The translations under genes were made by a program, and so were the position numbers. Under the pieces are notes generated by a model that was not told the origin of the DNA, ran no database searches, and was given only the letters and a program-made list of their open reading frames with translations. Shown here one piece after another: positions 1 through 9,185 of a DNA stretch of 64,000 bases. How positions within the stretch are numbered: position 1 is the first letter of the stretch; each line of letters starts with the position of its first letter. The DNA is from Longimicrobiales bacterium (GTDB taxonomy: Bacteria > Gemmatimonadota > Gemmatimonadetes > Longimicrobiales > Gaopeijiaceae): positions 736,001 to 800,000 of the forward strand of contig JAWLHJ010000001.1 of assembly GCA_041690395.1 (NCBI GenBank). Reading direction: 5' to 3'.

Positions 1-1
1 C

Positions 2-3000
2 GACGGTGTGGGCACGCAGACCGCCACGTTCGCGGTGGCCGCGGACGGCACGGTCTCGGGTGGAGGGCGCATCACGCTGCTGGACGAGCCCCAGGGGCTG
101 GGAGGCGAGCGCACCCAGTTCGGGGGATCCTTCGCCACGGCCCATCTCCGCTACCTGGGGGTGCGCCTCGCGCCGGGGACGTCGAGCCCGGGGGCGGTGG
201 AGGCCGTGGGGGACGTGTACCTCGCCGGTGAGGCCGCCAACCGCATCGAGCTGGGGCGGCGCTCCGGAGCCGCGGTGGAGCCGGGACTCTCCATCGGGTT
301 CGACGGAGACGTCGCCTGGGGCGGGGTGACGCTGGCCCGAAGCTTCACCTTCGACCACGACATGTTCCGTCTCACGGTGGCCCAGGTGACGGCCACCCCC
401 AGCGACGGTGGGCTGGGCCTGGGTCTCGGGGGCAGCCTGGTCGTGGACGTCCCGTCGGTCACCGGCGGCATCGACTTCACGGGCTTCGGCGTGAGTCCGG
501 ATCTCGCCCTGAGCACCGACGACGCTTCGGTGAACGGGGGGACGCTGACCATCGCGGGGATCCTGTCTCTCGGACTCTCGGACTTCGTGTACTCCGACGA
601 GCCCACCACCATCTCCGGGGTCCAGGGCGGCGCCGTTCCGACGGGCGGACAGGCCGCGGCGGCGGCGACGGCCACGGACATCGAGGTGGCCTCGGTACTC
701 AGCTTCGGCGGTACCGTGAGCGTGGGGAGCGGCTGCGGTGAAGGCGGCGACTGCCTGTTCAGCGGCGGCGTGGAGCGCTTCCTGTTCTACCGCACGCCGG
801 TGGAGGAGGGAGGGCTCACCCACCTGGTGGTCCGGGGCGCGAATCTGAGCGTCGCCAACGCTCTCTCCATGGAGGCGGACCTCACCTACCGCCAGGTGGG
901 CACCTCCGGCGGCTTCGAGCTCACCGTGGGTGGGCGCGCCGACTTCCAGGCCATGGAGGTCACCGTGGTGGGCGCCCTGGAGCGGGGCGGGGACGCCGAC
1001 GCATTGCGCGCCGGACTCTTCCTCATCGCCAGCGGACGCATGGAGATCGTGCCGGCGGTGCTGGCCCTCACCGAGGTCGGCGGCGGGTTCTTCTACAACC
1101 CCAGACCCGAGTACTGCCAGCTCGTCCGTACCTACTCCGGCGTGGCGGACCTCTCCAGCAATGGGAGCAGCTGCGAGAACAGCGGACGCTTCACCGGCTT
1201 CCTGTTCGCCGGCGCCGAGCTCATCGAACGCAACATCGGCCGGGGCCAGGTCCTTCTCACCGTGTCGGAGCGGGGCCTGCAGCTCGACGGGCAGATGGCC
1301 CTCCTCTCGCCGGGAAGCCAGCCCATTCCCGAGACGCGCATCCGGGGAACGGTGCACCTGGCCGTGGGCTTCCAGGAGTTCTTCGCCGAAGGCAACATCG
1401 ATCTCGTCATCGATTACGACCCCCTCCTTACCGTGGGCGGCCCCGACGACCCCACCCGCCTGGGCTTCTACGTATACGGGCCGGACGCCTGGGGTGTCTA
1501 CGGCGGGCTGTCCATCGAATTCCTCCGGCTCATCCAGGGGAACGCCGAGTTCTTCGTGGGCCCGCCGGGCTTCTTCGTCCAGGGCCACATCCACGCGGGG
1601 TTCGACTTCTGGATCGTCAGCGTTGAGGGGACGGCCGACGCCGCGGTCTGGGTGGTGGACGACGGTTGGGGCGCATACCTCGACGTGGGGATCACCGCGG
1701 AGATCCTGGGCGGGGCCGTGTCGGGATCGGCACGGCTCCGGGGCGCGCTGGTGAGCCCGCCCCAGGCGCCCGTGCTCCTCTACGCTTCGGCCATCGCAAG
1801 GGGTTGCGTCCTCGGACTCTGCGGGTCCGAAGAGATCTGGGCGTCCTTCGAGGGCGGCTCCGTGTCGGGCGGCTTCGGGCGGAACGCCAAGTTCGACCGG
1901 GTCATCGGCGAGATGGAGCGCGTGCGGAACCGCTTCGAGGCGGAGCGCGTGGCGTTGCAGGAGAAGATCGAGTCGGCGCAGCTCTTCGCCGGCATGGCCC
2001 TGTCTCCCACCGAGCTGGCCGAGATCTACGCGCGCATCCAGGACGAAGGGCTCCGAGGCCGGTTCCTCGCCCTCGTCCAGGAGGAGCGCGCGGCGTACCC
2101 GGACGAGATCATCCAGGCGTTCGGGAACTTCGACGCTACGGCTTGGTGGCGGAGTGAGCGCGACCACTATCTGTGGTACACCGACGTGGTAAGCCAGGTG
2201 GGGTCACCCGACGACACGCAGACCCCCGCCATCGACAGCTACTACCAGGCTGTGTCCACGGGCGTTCAGAACCTCGAGAACCATCGGTCCATCGTGGAGC
2301 TCAAGCTCTCCCAGGCCATGGTCGAGATCGAGACGCTGGAAGCCGCCGTGGATCGGGACGAGATCGGGGCGAACCCCCTCAGGAGCGCCAGCTTCACCGC
2401 CCCCCAGACCCTGGACAACGGCGACGGCACGCGCACGCTGGTGTCCGGACCCACCGTGGACTTCGATGCCGCCGCTGCTTCGGAGATGGAGAACGAGCTG
2501 CGGGCCCTGCGCACCGCCCATGAGGCCTACGCCCGGGAAGTGGCCCGACGCATCGAGCAGGTGGAAGCCGGGCTGGGCTGGATCGACTATCTCCTCCTTG
2601 ATACCACGTCCACGGCCCCCCTCGGATTCGTGCGCGACTACGCCTCGGTCCTCCAGGCCGTGAGCGAGCAGTACGCCCGTCACGGGGACCTGCTCCTCCG
2701 GCAACAGGACTGGTACCGCGCCCGCTCCGCCGAGCTCGCGGCGCAGCTCTCCATGCAGGTCATACCGGCCCTCCACCGGAAGTCGCAGCTGCTCATGCTG
2801 AACGGGAGCGACCCCCAGGGACAGCTCGAAGCGCTCATCGACATCCGGACCGCCGCGCTGGACGACCTTCGGGAAGCGTCCAACCTGTCGGGCACCTTCG
2901 ACGCCAACGTCCAGAACGCCGAGGCCGCGCCGACGTTGGAGCAGTACAAGGCAGTGGCGGACACCCTGGGCAAGTACCTCTGGTACGACATCGCCCACTA

Positions 3001-5131
3001 CGGCATGCAGGTGGCGGATACCCTCGCCGGCCAGGCGTTCGCCGAGGTGCGGGCCCGCGCGGACGGCGAGCTGCGGGACCGGTGGCGGGAGCACGCCGAC
3101 ATGACCATGGATCTCCATCGGGCCATGGAGGCGCGGGCGGACATCATGGCCGGGCTCTACGAGCTGTACCAGGAGTTCGGCCGCGGTTACCCACAGCAGC
3201 CCACGATCCAGCGGGTCACGTCCTTCGACGGAACGGGCAACCCGTTCATGCAGGATGCCCTTGCCCGGGCGGAGCTCCTTCAGTCCGCCATTGCCGTGCA
3301 CATGCGGGTGGAGGCGCTGGAGGAGCAGTTCCAGGTGCCCACCGTGAACCACGTGGCGGTGGTGAGTCAGAACCTGGGATACATGGCCCGGGAGACCTAC
3401 TGGTGGGAGGCGTCCCACCCGCGGGGGGTGCACGAGTACCTGTACAACAGCGTGCCCGGCGGGAACGTGGGCGTGCTGGGCGTGCTCGGCATGCAGTCCA
3501 ACGGCGCGGTGAACGTCCGGGAGAACTACATCCTCACGCCGGGTCGCGGTACCACCACCCAGGACCGCACGCTTCGCGTGGCGGCGCGGGGAGGTGCGGG
3601 CTACGTGGGGTACGGGCGGGCGTCGTACCAGACGCGCTTCGAGGGGGGCGATGGCGTTCAGCCCGTGGGGCAGGGGCAGGGTTGGGGCGCCACCGTGGAC
3701 GCCTCCCCACCCACGGCTCCCACCGTCCGGATAGGCGCACACGCTTCGACCACACGCCCCCGCTGGGTGGCCAGCACGAGCCAGATCGACTCGGTGCGGT
3801 GGTCGGCCCTCGACCTGGAAAGCGGCATCGGCGGTTACGCCTATGCGGTGGGTACCGATACGGACACCACGGCCGTGCGCGGATGGACGGACGTGGGAGG
3901 TCGCTCCACCATGGTCCTTCGAGAACTGGAGTTGTCCACCACCGGGCCGGAGTACCGCATCTGGGCGCGGGCCCGGAACGGCGAGGGCCTGACCGGCCCG
4001 GCGGGGCGTTCGGCACCCATCCGCGTGGATGTGGTGCCGCCCACGTTCCCCGATACGGCCAGCATCGGGGTGCCGATCCACGCCCTCGTGGCGAGCCCGT
4101 TCACGTTCCTGACGCTCGGAGGTAGCGGGCAGCCCTCGGATCCGGTGCTGGCCGCCGCCGCGCCGGCGTGCGCGCCCCCGTCCCTTCGTGGGAGCCTCGT
4201 GTCGGGCACCACGTCACCCAGCGAGATACCGGCCCCGGCGACGCCGGCCATGACCTTCCGCCTCCCTCGAGCGGAGGACGCGGAGAGTGGTGTCGCCGGA
4301 TACGCATGGCGTGTCGGGACGGAGCCGGCCCTCTCCTACCAGGGCGCGGGGTGGACCTACGTGTCGGGGACGCCGGATACGCTGCGGGTGAGCGGCGCCC
4401 CACTGAACTACCAGGATCCCTTCTACTTCTCCCTGGTGGCGGTGGACGCCGTGGGGCACACGACGGAGCCCCTCCACTACGGTCCCTTCCTCGTGGCCGA
4501 TCCCACCGCGCCGGTGGCGCCCACCTTCTGCGTGGGCACGGGGAACGCGCCGGATCGCCTCGTTCTGAGCGTGCGCGACCCCGGCTCGGACCCCGAGACG
4601 GGCCTGGCGTCGTGGGACTTCCGCATCCGCCGGGAGGACGGCTCCGTCGTACGGGACTGGCCGGCCGCGCCGGATCGGGAGAGCCTGGCGTCCGGTGACG
4701 CGGTGGGAACCGGAGCGCTCCCTCTCCAGGACGGCGACCGGGTCTATGCCGAGCTCCGTGCTCGCAACGGGCGGGGAGGGGTGGCGGTGGCGGCCTCCGG
4801 GCCCCTCACCATCGACCTGACCCCCCCGGCCGCGCCCGTGATTCGCGGCGCCACGGCCCGGCGGAGCGGGTCCTACACCATCGTCACGGTGGACCACCGC
4901 ACGGACGCCGAGGCCGGGCTGACGCATCACTGGACCCTGGTGCCGGAGTCCGGACGAGTGACGCAGGGAACCCTCCCGGGCACCGGCGGGGCGTTCCTGG
5001 TGCGGGACATTCCGATGCAGACACGGGTCGGTACGTCCCTCGTGCCGGGGCCCTACACCCTGGTGCTGGTCTCGAGAACGGCCACGGGGCTCACCAGCGC
5101 CGAGGCCACCGTTCCGGTGGTCGTGCCATGA
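2..5131 (+). CDS. Giant exported protein, 5'-truncated (beta-rich N-region, helical middle, C-terminal FN3/Ig-like repeats)
   Basis: Frame is open from the window start; at least 1707 aa. Gly/aromatic beta-strand region (e.g. LTEVGGGFFYNP), an alpha-helical segment, then repeats with D-x-E-[ST]-G motifs (DLESGIGGYAYAVGT, DAESGVAGYAWRVGT, DPETGLASWDF). Stop overlaps the next start (ATGA). Confidence 0.75.
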   Translation, partial: DGVGTQTATFAVAADGTVSGGGRITLLDEPQGLGGERTQFGGSFATAHLRYLGVRLAPGTSSPGAVEAVGDVYLAGEAANRIELGRRSGAAVEPGLSIGFDGDVAWGGVTLARSFTFDHDMFRLTVAQVTATPSDGGLGLGLGGSLVVDVPSVTGGIDFTGFGVSPDLALSTDDASVNGGTLTIAGILSLGLSDFVYSDEPTTISGVQGGAVPTGGQAAAAATATDIEVASVLSFGGTVSVGSGCGEGGDCLFSGGVERFLFYRTPVEEGGLTHLVVRGANLSVANALSMEADLTYRQVGTSGGFELTVGGRADFQAMEVTVVGALERGGDADALRAGLFLIASGRMEIVPAVLALTEVGGGFFYNPRPEYCQLVRTYSGVADLSSNGSSCENSGRFTGFLFAGAELIERNIGRGQVLLTVSERGLQLDGQMALLSPGSQPIPETRIRGTVHLAVGFQEFFAEGNIDLVIDYDPLLTVGGPDDPTRLGFYVYGPDAWGVYGGLSIEFLRLIQGNAEFFVGPPGFFVQGHIHAGFDFWIVSVEGTADAAVWVVDDGWGAYLDVGITAEILGGAVSGSARLRGALVSPPQAPVLLYASAIARGCVLGLCGSEEIWASFEGGSVSGGFGRNAKFDRVIGEMERVRNRFEAERVALQEKIESAQLFAGMALSPTELAEIYARIQDEGLRGRFLALVQEERAAYPDEIIQAFGNFDATAWWRSERDHYLWYTDVVSQVGSPDDTQTPAIDSYYQAVSTGVQNLENHRSIVELKLSQAMVEIETLEAAVDRDEIGANPLRSASFTAPQTLDNGDGTRTLVSGPTVDFDAAAASEMENELRALRTAHEAYAREVARRIEQVEAGLGWIDYLLLDTTSTAPLGFVRDYASVLQAVSEQYARHGDLLLRQQDWYRARSAELAAQLSMQVIPALHRKSQLLMLNGSDPQGQLEALIDIRTAALDDLREASNLSGTFDANVQNAEAAPTLEQYKAVADTLGKYLWYDIAHYGMQVADTLAGQAFAEVRARADGELRDRWREHADMTMDLHRAMEARADIMAGLYELYQEFGRGYPQQPTIQRVTSFDGTGNPFMQDALARAELLQSAIAVHMRVEALEEQFQVPTVNHVAVVSQNLGYMARETYWWEASHPRGVHEYLYNSVPGGNVGVLGVLGMQSNGAVNVRENYILTPGRGTTTQDRTLRVAARGGAGYVGYGRASYQTRFEGGDGVQPVGQGQGWGATVDASPPTAPTVRIGAHASTTRPRWVASTSQIDSVRWSALDLESGIGGYAYAVGTDTDTTAVRGWTDVGGRSTMVLRELELSTTGPEYRIWARARNGEGLTGPAGRSAPIRVDVVPPTFPDTASIGVPIHALVASPFTFLTLGGSGQPSDPVLAAAAPACAPPSLRGSLVSGTTSPSEIPAPATPAMTFRLPRAEDAESGVAGYAWRVGTEPALSYQGAGWTYVSGTPDTLRVSGAPLNYQDPFYFSLVAVDAVGHTTEPLHYGPFLVADPTAPVAPTFCVGTGNAPDRLVLSVRDPGSDPETGLASWDFRIRREDGSVVRDWPAAPDRESLASGDAVGTGALPLQDGDRVYAELRARNGRGGVAVAASGPLTIDLTPPAAPVIRGATARRSGSYTIVTVDHRTDAEAGLTHHWTLVPESGRVTQGTLPGTGGAFLVRDIPMQTRVGTSLVPGPYTLVLVSRTATGLTSAEATVPVVVP

Positions 5132-7161
5132 GGGTCGGCCTCGGTGGTCTCCTGCTGGTCGTGGTCGAGGCGGCGGCCCTGGCGGGCGTGGCGCCCGCCG
5201 CCGCTCAGGTGGCGCCCACGTCCGCCGACGTCCAGATGGCGCCCCCGCTCTGGCTCGTCGCCCACGGGGATTCGGTGACGGTGCAGCTATCGCGTGTCCC
5301 GGAGGTCTTCGACGGATTCCATCTGTACCGGGGTGCGACGGACGGGACCCTGACGCGGATCACCGAAAGCCCGGTGACGCCGGCCGTCGGAGTCGACGCG
5401 GTTCTGGCGGCGTTGGGGGGAGATGCTCCGCTCCTCGAGGACCTGACGCGTTCGGCCACGCCCGTGCAGATGGCTCGACGCCTCACCGTCGATCCCGTGA
5501 CCTCGGCCGTGTACAGCTACCTCTTCCCCTCCGTCGCCCACGCCCTGGGGCGTCGCTTCGTGGATGCGGCCGCGTCCGGCGCCGGACCGCTCCGGTATCG
5601 CGTGGCCTTCGTCGACGTCCAGGGCGAAGAGACGGGGGAAGCCGTGGAGGGGAGCGTAGAGCTCAGCGACGTGCTTCCGGGGGCGCCCACCGACCTGACG
5701 GGCGAGGCCGGCCCCGGGGGCGTCACCCTGGAGTGGCGGTATCCGCGGTATACCGGCGAGGCTCAGGATTTCGTCGTGGGCTTCCACGTCTACCGCCGGG
5801 GGGACACCGCACCGGAAGGGGCCCCGGAGAGCGCAGGATACGTGCGCATGACGGACGCCCCGGTGGCACGGAACGATCTCGCGGACCCCACCTGGGCCGA
5901 TGCCGGGGCCCGTACCGGAGCGGCGTACACGTACGACGTCCGCGCGGTGGATCTTCTCGGGCGGGAAGGTCCAGCGTCGCAGCCCGTGACCGTGACGCTC
6001 ACCGACAGCCCTCCGCCGTCGGCGCCCTCCGCTCTCGTGGCCCTTCCGGACGAGGGGAGCGTGCGGCTGGCCTGGCGCATTCCGCCGGAGCTCACCCTGG
6101 CCGGGTATCGCGTGGAGCGGTCCCTGGGCCTCGATCTCCCCTACGCGCCGCGCACCGACGCGTTGATCCCGGCGGACGACCCCCGCTGGACCGACGAACA
6201 GGTTGTGGGAGGCACCCAATACTTCTACCGCGTGGTGGCGGTGGACGCCGAGGGGCGGGAGAGCGAGCCGGGGAACCCGGTCGCGGCCGTCCCCTTCGAC
6301 AACGCACCGCCTCTCGCTCCCGCTGCCCTCCGGGCCGAGACCGTCGACGGGGCGGTGCGGCTCGAGTGGACCCCGCCGGAGGGGGACGACGTCCTCGGCT
6401 ACCACATCTACCGTGGAGAGGGCGAGGGAACGCCCGTCCGCCTGACCTCCGCGCCTTCCGCCGAGCCGATGTTCACGGACCGCGGCTTCGAGGGAAGGGG
6501 GTTCGTACCCGGGCGCAGCTATCGCATGAGGGTCACGGCGGTGGACGGGCTTCTCAACGAGTCCGTACCCGCCGAGGTGGAGGTCACCATCCCCGACGAC
6601 GAGGCGCCCGGACGCCCCACGGGCGTCCACGTCCGCCCGGACGGAGGCAGGGCGCTCGTGGTGCGGTGGAGTCCGGCACCCGACCTCGACGTCGTGCGTT
6701 ACGTGGTGTACCGAGCGGAGGAGCTCCTCGGCACGGTGCCCGCCACCGGCCCGCTCCGGCTGCGGGACGCCGGCGCCGTTCCGGGCGTGACGCACCCGTA
6801 TCGCGTGGCGGCGGTGGACGCCGCCGGCAACGAGGGTGCCGCAGCCGAGGTGGCGGGGGTGTTACGGGACGACACCCCGCCCCCGCCACCGGGTTACGTG
6901 GAGGCCGCCCTGGTCCCGGAAGGTGTGCTCGTGGCATGGGGGCGCGTGGCCGCCGGGGATCTGGCCGGGTATCGCGTGTACCGTGCGAGCACACCAACCG
7001 GGGTGGGGGTCGTGGTGGGCGACCTGGTGCCTCCGGAAGGGGAGCGCCGCCTGACGGATCCCGCCGGGGATGCCGGCTCCTTCTACCGCGTGGTGGCCGT
7101 CGACACCTCCGGGAACGAGTCGCGGCCCTCCACGGCCGTGCAGCCGGCGGGGGGCGCATGA
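5128..7161 (+). CDS. Secreted fibronectin type III repeat protein
   Basis: Signal peptide (..APAAAQ); about 5-6 FN3-like units with V-x-L-x-W, GYxVYR and YxVxAVDxxGxES motifs; ATGA overlaps on both sides. Confidence 0.85.
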   Translation: MRVGLGGLLLVVVEAAALAGVAPAAAQVAPTSADVQMAPPLWLVAHGDSVTVQLSRVPEVFDGFHLYRGATDGTLTRITESPVTPAVGVDAVLAALGGDAPLLEDLTRSATPVQMARRLTVDPVTSAVYSYLFPSVAHALGRRFVDAAASGAGPLRYRVAFVDVQGEETGEAVEGSVELSDVLPGAPTDLTGEAGPGGVTLEWRYPRYTGEAQDFVVGFHVYRRGDTAPEGAPESAGYVRMTDAPVARNDLADPTWADAGARTGAAYTYDVRAVDLLGREGPASQPVTVTLTDSPPPSAPSALVALPDEGSVRLAWRIPPELTLAGYRVERSLGLDLPYAPRTDALIPADDPRWTDEQVVGGTQYFYRVVAVDAEGRESEPGNPVAAVPFDNAPPLAPAALRAETVDGAVRLEWTPPEGDDVLGYHIYRGEGEGTPVRLTSAPSAEPMFTDRGFEGRGFVPGRSYRMRVTAVDGLLNESVPAEVEVTIPDDEAPGRPTGVHVRPDGGRALVVRWSPAPDLDVVRYVVYRAEELLGTVPATGPLRLRDAGAVPGVTHPYRVAAVDAAGNEGAAAEVAGVLRDDTPPPPPGYVEAALVPEGVLVAWGRVAAGDLAGYRVYRASTPTGVGVVVGDLVPPEGERRLTDPAGDAGSFYRVVAVDTSGNESRPSTAVQPAGGA

Positions 7162-9185
7162 GCCGGCTGAACCGTCCGGGTGGCCCGTCCTCCATGGGCG
7201 CGGTCCTTCTCCTGGTCGCGGCGCTCGCGCCCATCCCGGCCGGCGCGTTGCAGCGCGTGGCGGACACCGCCCCGGACACCGCTCACGTCCGGCGCCTTCT
7301 GCACGATGCCGTGGCGCGTGCGCCGGAGGCGGTCGGTCCCTACCTGGAACTCGCCGCCTTCGAGCTGTCCCAGCGTCGGGAGGGGGTGGCCGAGACGGTC
7401 CTGCGCACGGGGCTGGAGGCCGCTTCGCGTCATCCCGATGTCGGCGTCCTGCGGCGTGGGCTCACGGAGCTTCTGGGGAGCCAGGCCCGTTGGGCCGAGG
7501 CCCTGGAGGTGGTGGCGGACCCGGAGCTCGAGGCCCGCCTTCGGGTGGGTGCCGCGCGTGCCCACCGCGAGTCCGGCCAGACGACCCGGGCGGAGGCCGA
7601 CCTTCGGCGAGCGGTGGCCCTGGAGCCCGATTTCCGGGAGGCATGGCTGGAGCTGGCCGCGCTCCTGGCACAGGGCGAGCGCATGGAGGAGGCCCGGGCC
7701 GCCGCGGACCGTGGGCTCGAGGCCCACCCCGACGATCCGGAGCTACGGCTGGTTCGCGCCGCCACGCTCCATGGCCCGGAGCACGTCACAGAGACCGTGG
7801 CGGCCCTACGCGCCCTTCGGTCCCGCCGGCCGGGCGACGTGGCGCTGGCCCTCTCCCTGGCGGGATACCTGAGTGCGGCGGGGGATCCCACCGCCGCCAT
7901 GGCCCTCCAGGACACCCTGCTCGCCGATCCGCGCCCCGCCGCGGACGTGTTCCGCCACGTGGGCCGCTTCTGGCTCACCGTGGGAGATGCGGATTCGGCG
8001 TCGGTGCACCTGGAGCGGGGCACCCGCGTCCACCCGGACGACGCCACCCTCCACGCCCTGCTGGGCTTCAGCCGGGAGGAGGCGGGTCACCCCGAGGCGC
8101 CCGAGGCGTACGGCGCCGCCGTGCGCCTCCTGGAGGGCTCGGGTGCGCGCCGGACCTCGGCGTGGCTCCGACTCCGAGCCGCCCGGGCCGCCGCCGCACG
8201 GGGGCGCGGCACCGACGCGCTCTCGTGGATCCGTCCCTTTACCGTGGCCGACCCGCTTCCGGCCGTGCTGCTGAGCGCGGAGCTCGCCCTGGAGCTGGAC
8301 CGACCCCGCCACGCCCGGACCACGCTGGACGAAGTCGCGCCCCGCTGGTCCGGTGATATCGCCTTCCGGGAGGCGGACGCCCATGTGGCTCTGGCCCTGG
8401 GGGACACCACCGGTGCCGTGCGTCGCTACGAGGCGCTGGCCAGGGCGGGGAATGCCACGGCCTTCGTCGCGCTCGGCGGGTTGGCGCGCTCGGGAGTGAC
8501 CACGAGCGTCGCCGGGGATTCGGCGGCGCTCCGGGCCGCCGTCCGTTCCGGGATCGAAGCCGTGGCCCGGGTGGAAGAAGGAATGGCCGATGCCGGGGCC
8601 GAAGGCGGACAGCCCATGGATGGCGCACGCCTCGTGGAAGGTGGGGATCTCGCCGCCGAGTGGGCACGGCGCACCCTCGAGACGCGCCGCAGCGCGCTGG
8701 GGCACGTCCTTTTTCGCATGGTCTTCGAGACGGCGTGGGGCCCTGCCGAGCTGGCTCGGCTCCGCGCCGCCTACCCCGGGAGCGTCTATCTCGCGGAGAT
8801 GGATATCCGGCTGGCGCTCCGTCAGGGCGAGGCCACCCGGGCCCTCCAGGAGGTCGAACGCCTCCTGCGACTTCAGCCCGGGCGCGTGGACCCCCACGTG
8901 CTCCACGGCGCCTCCCTGGAGGCCGCCGGCCGAGCCGCGGAGGCGCGGGCGAGCTACGGCCGGGCGTTCGAGATGGATCCCGGAGCCGACACCGCGTTCC
9001 AGGGACTCCTGCGTCTCCACCGGAGCGACGGCTCGCTGGACGACCTCCTGGGTCGCGTCCGACGCGTCCGAGCCACCGCGCCGGACGATCGAGTCCTGGT
9101 GACCCGGGAGGTGGAAGTGCTCCAGCGCCTGGGCCGGCTGCAGGAAGCCAGGGATCTCGCCTCGCAGCACGGAGGGGGTGCATGA
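7158..9185 (+). CDS. Secreted tetratricopeptide repeat protein
   Basis: Start re-called at ATG 7158, overlapping the upstream TGA. Signal-like AVLLLVAALAPIPAGA; TPR signatures (LRRAVALEPDFREAWLELA, YGRAFEMDPG). Confidence 0.8.
   Translation: MSRLNRPGGPSSMGAVLLLVAALAPIPAGALQRVADTAPDTAHVRRLLHDAVARAPEAVGPYLELAAFELSQRREGVAETVLRTGLEAASRHPDVGVLRRGLTELLGSQARWAEALEVVADPELEARLRVGAARAHRESGQTTRAEADLRRAVALEPDFREAWLELAALLAQGERMEEARAAADRGLEAHPDDPELRLVRAATLHGPEHVTETVAALRALRSRRPGDVALALSLAGYLSAAGDPTAAMALQDTLLADPRPAADVFRHVGRFWLTVGDADSASVHLERGTRVHPDDATLHALLGFSREEAGHPEAPEAYGAAVRLLEGSGARRTSAWLRLRAARAAAARGRGTDALSWIRPFTVADPLPAVLLSAELALELDRPRHARTTLDEVAPRWSGDIAFREADAHVALALGDTTGAVRRYEALARAGNATAFVALGGLARSGVTTSVAGDSAALRAAVRSGIEAVARVEEGMADAGAEGGQPMDGARLVEGGDLAAEWARRTLETRRSALGHVLFRMVFETAWGPAELARLRAAYPGSVYLAEMDIRLALRQGEATRALQEVERLLRLQPGRVDPHVLHGASLEAAGRAAEARASYGRAFEMDPGADTAFQGLLRLHRSDGSLDDLLGRVRRVRATAPDDRVLVTREVEVLQRLGRLQEARDLASQHGGGA

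Noticed and set aside
5733..7157. N-terminal extension of the 1150-aa ORF (likewise 8660, 9874, 42243, 44900 starts)
   Set aside because: Arg/Gly/Pro-rich off-frame read-through overlapping real genes; ATGA coupling and signal peptides define later starts.
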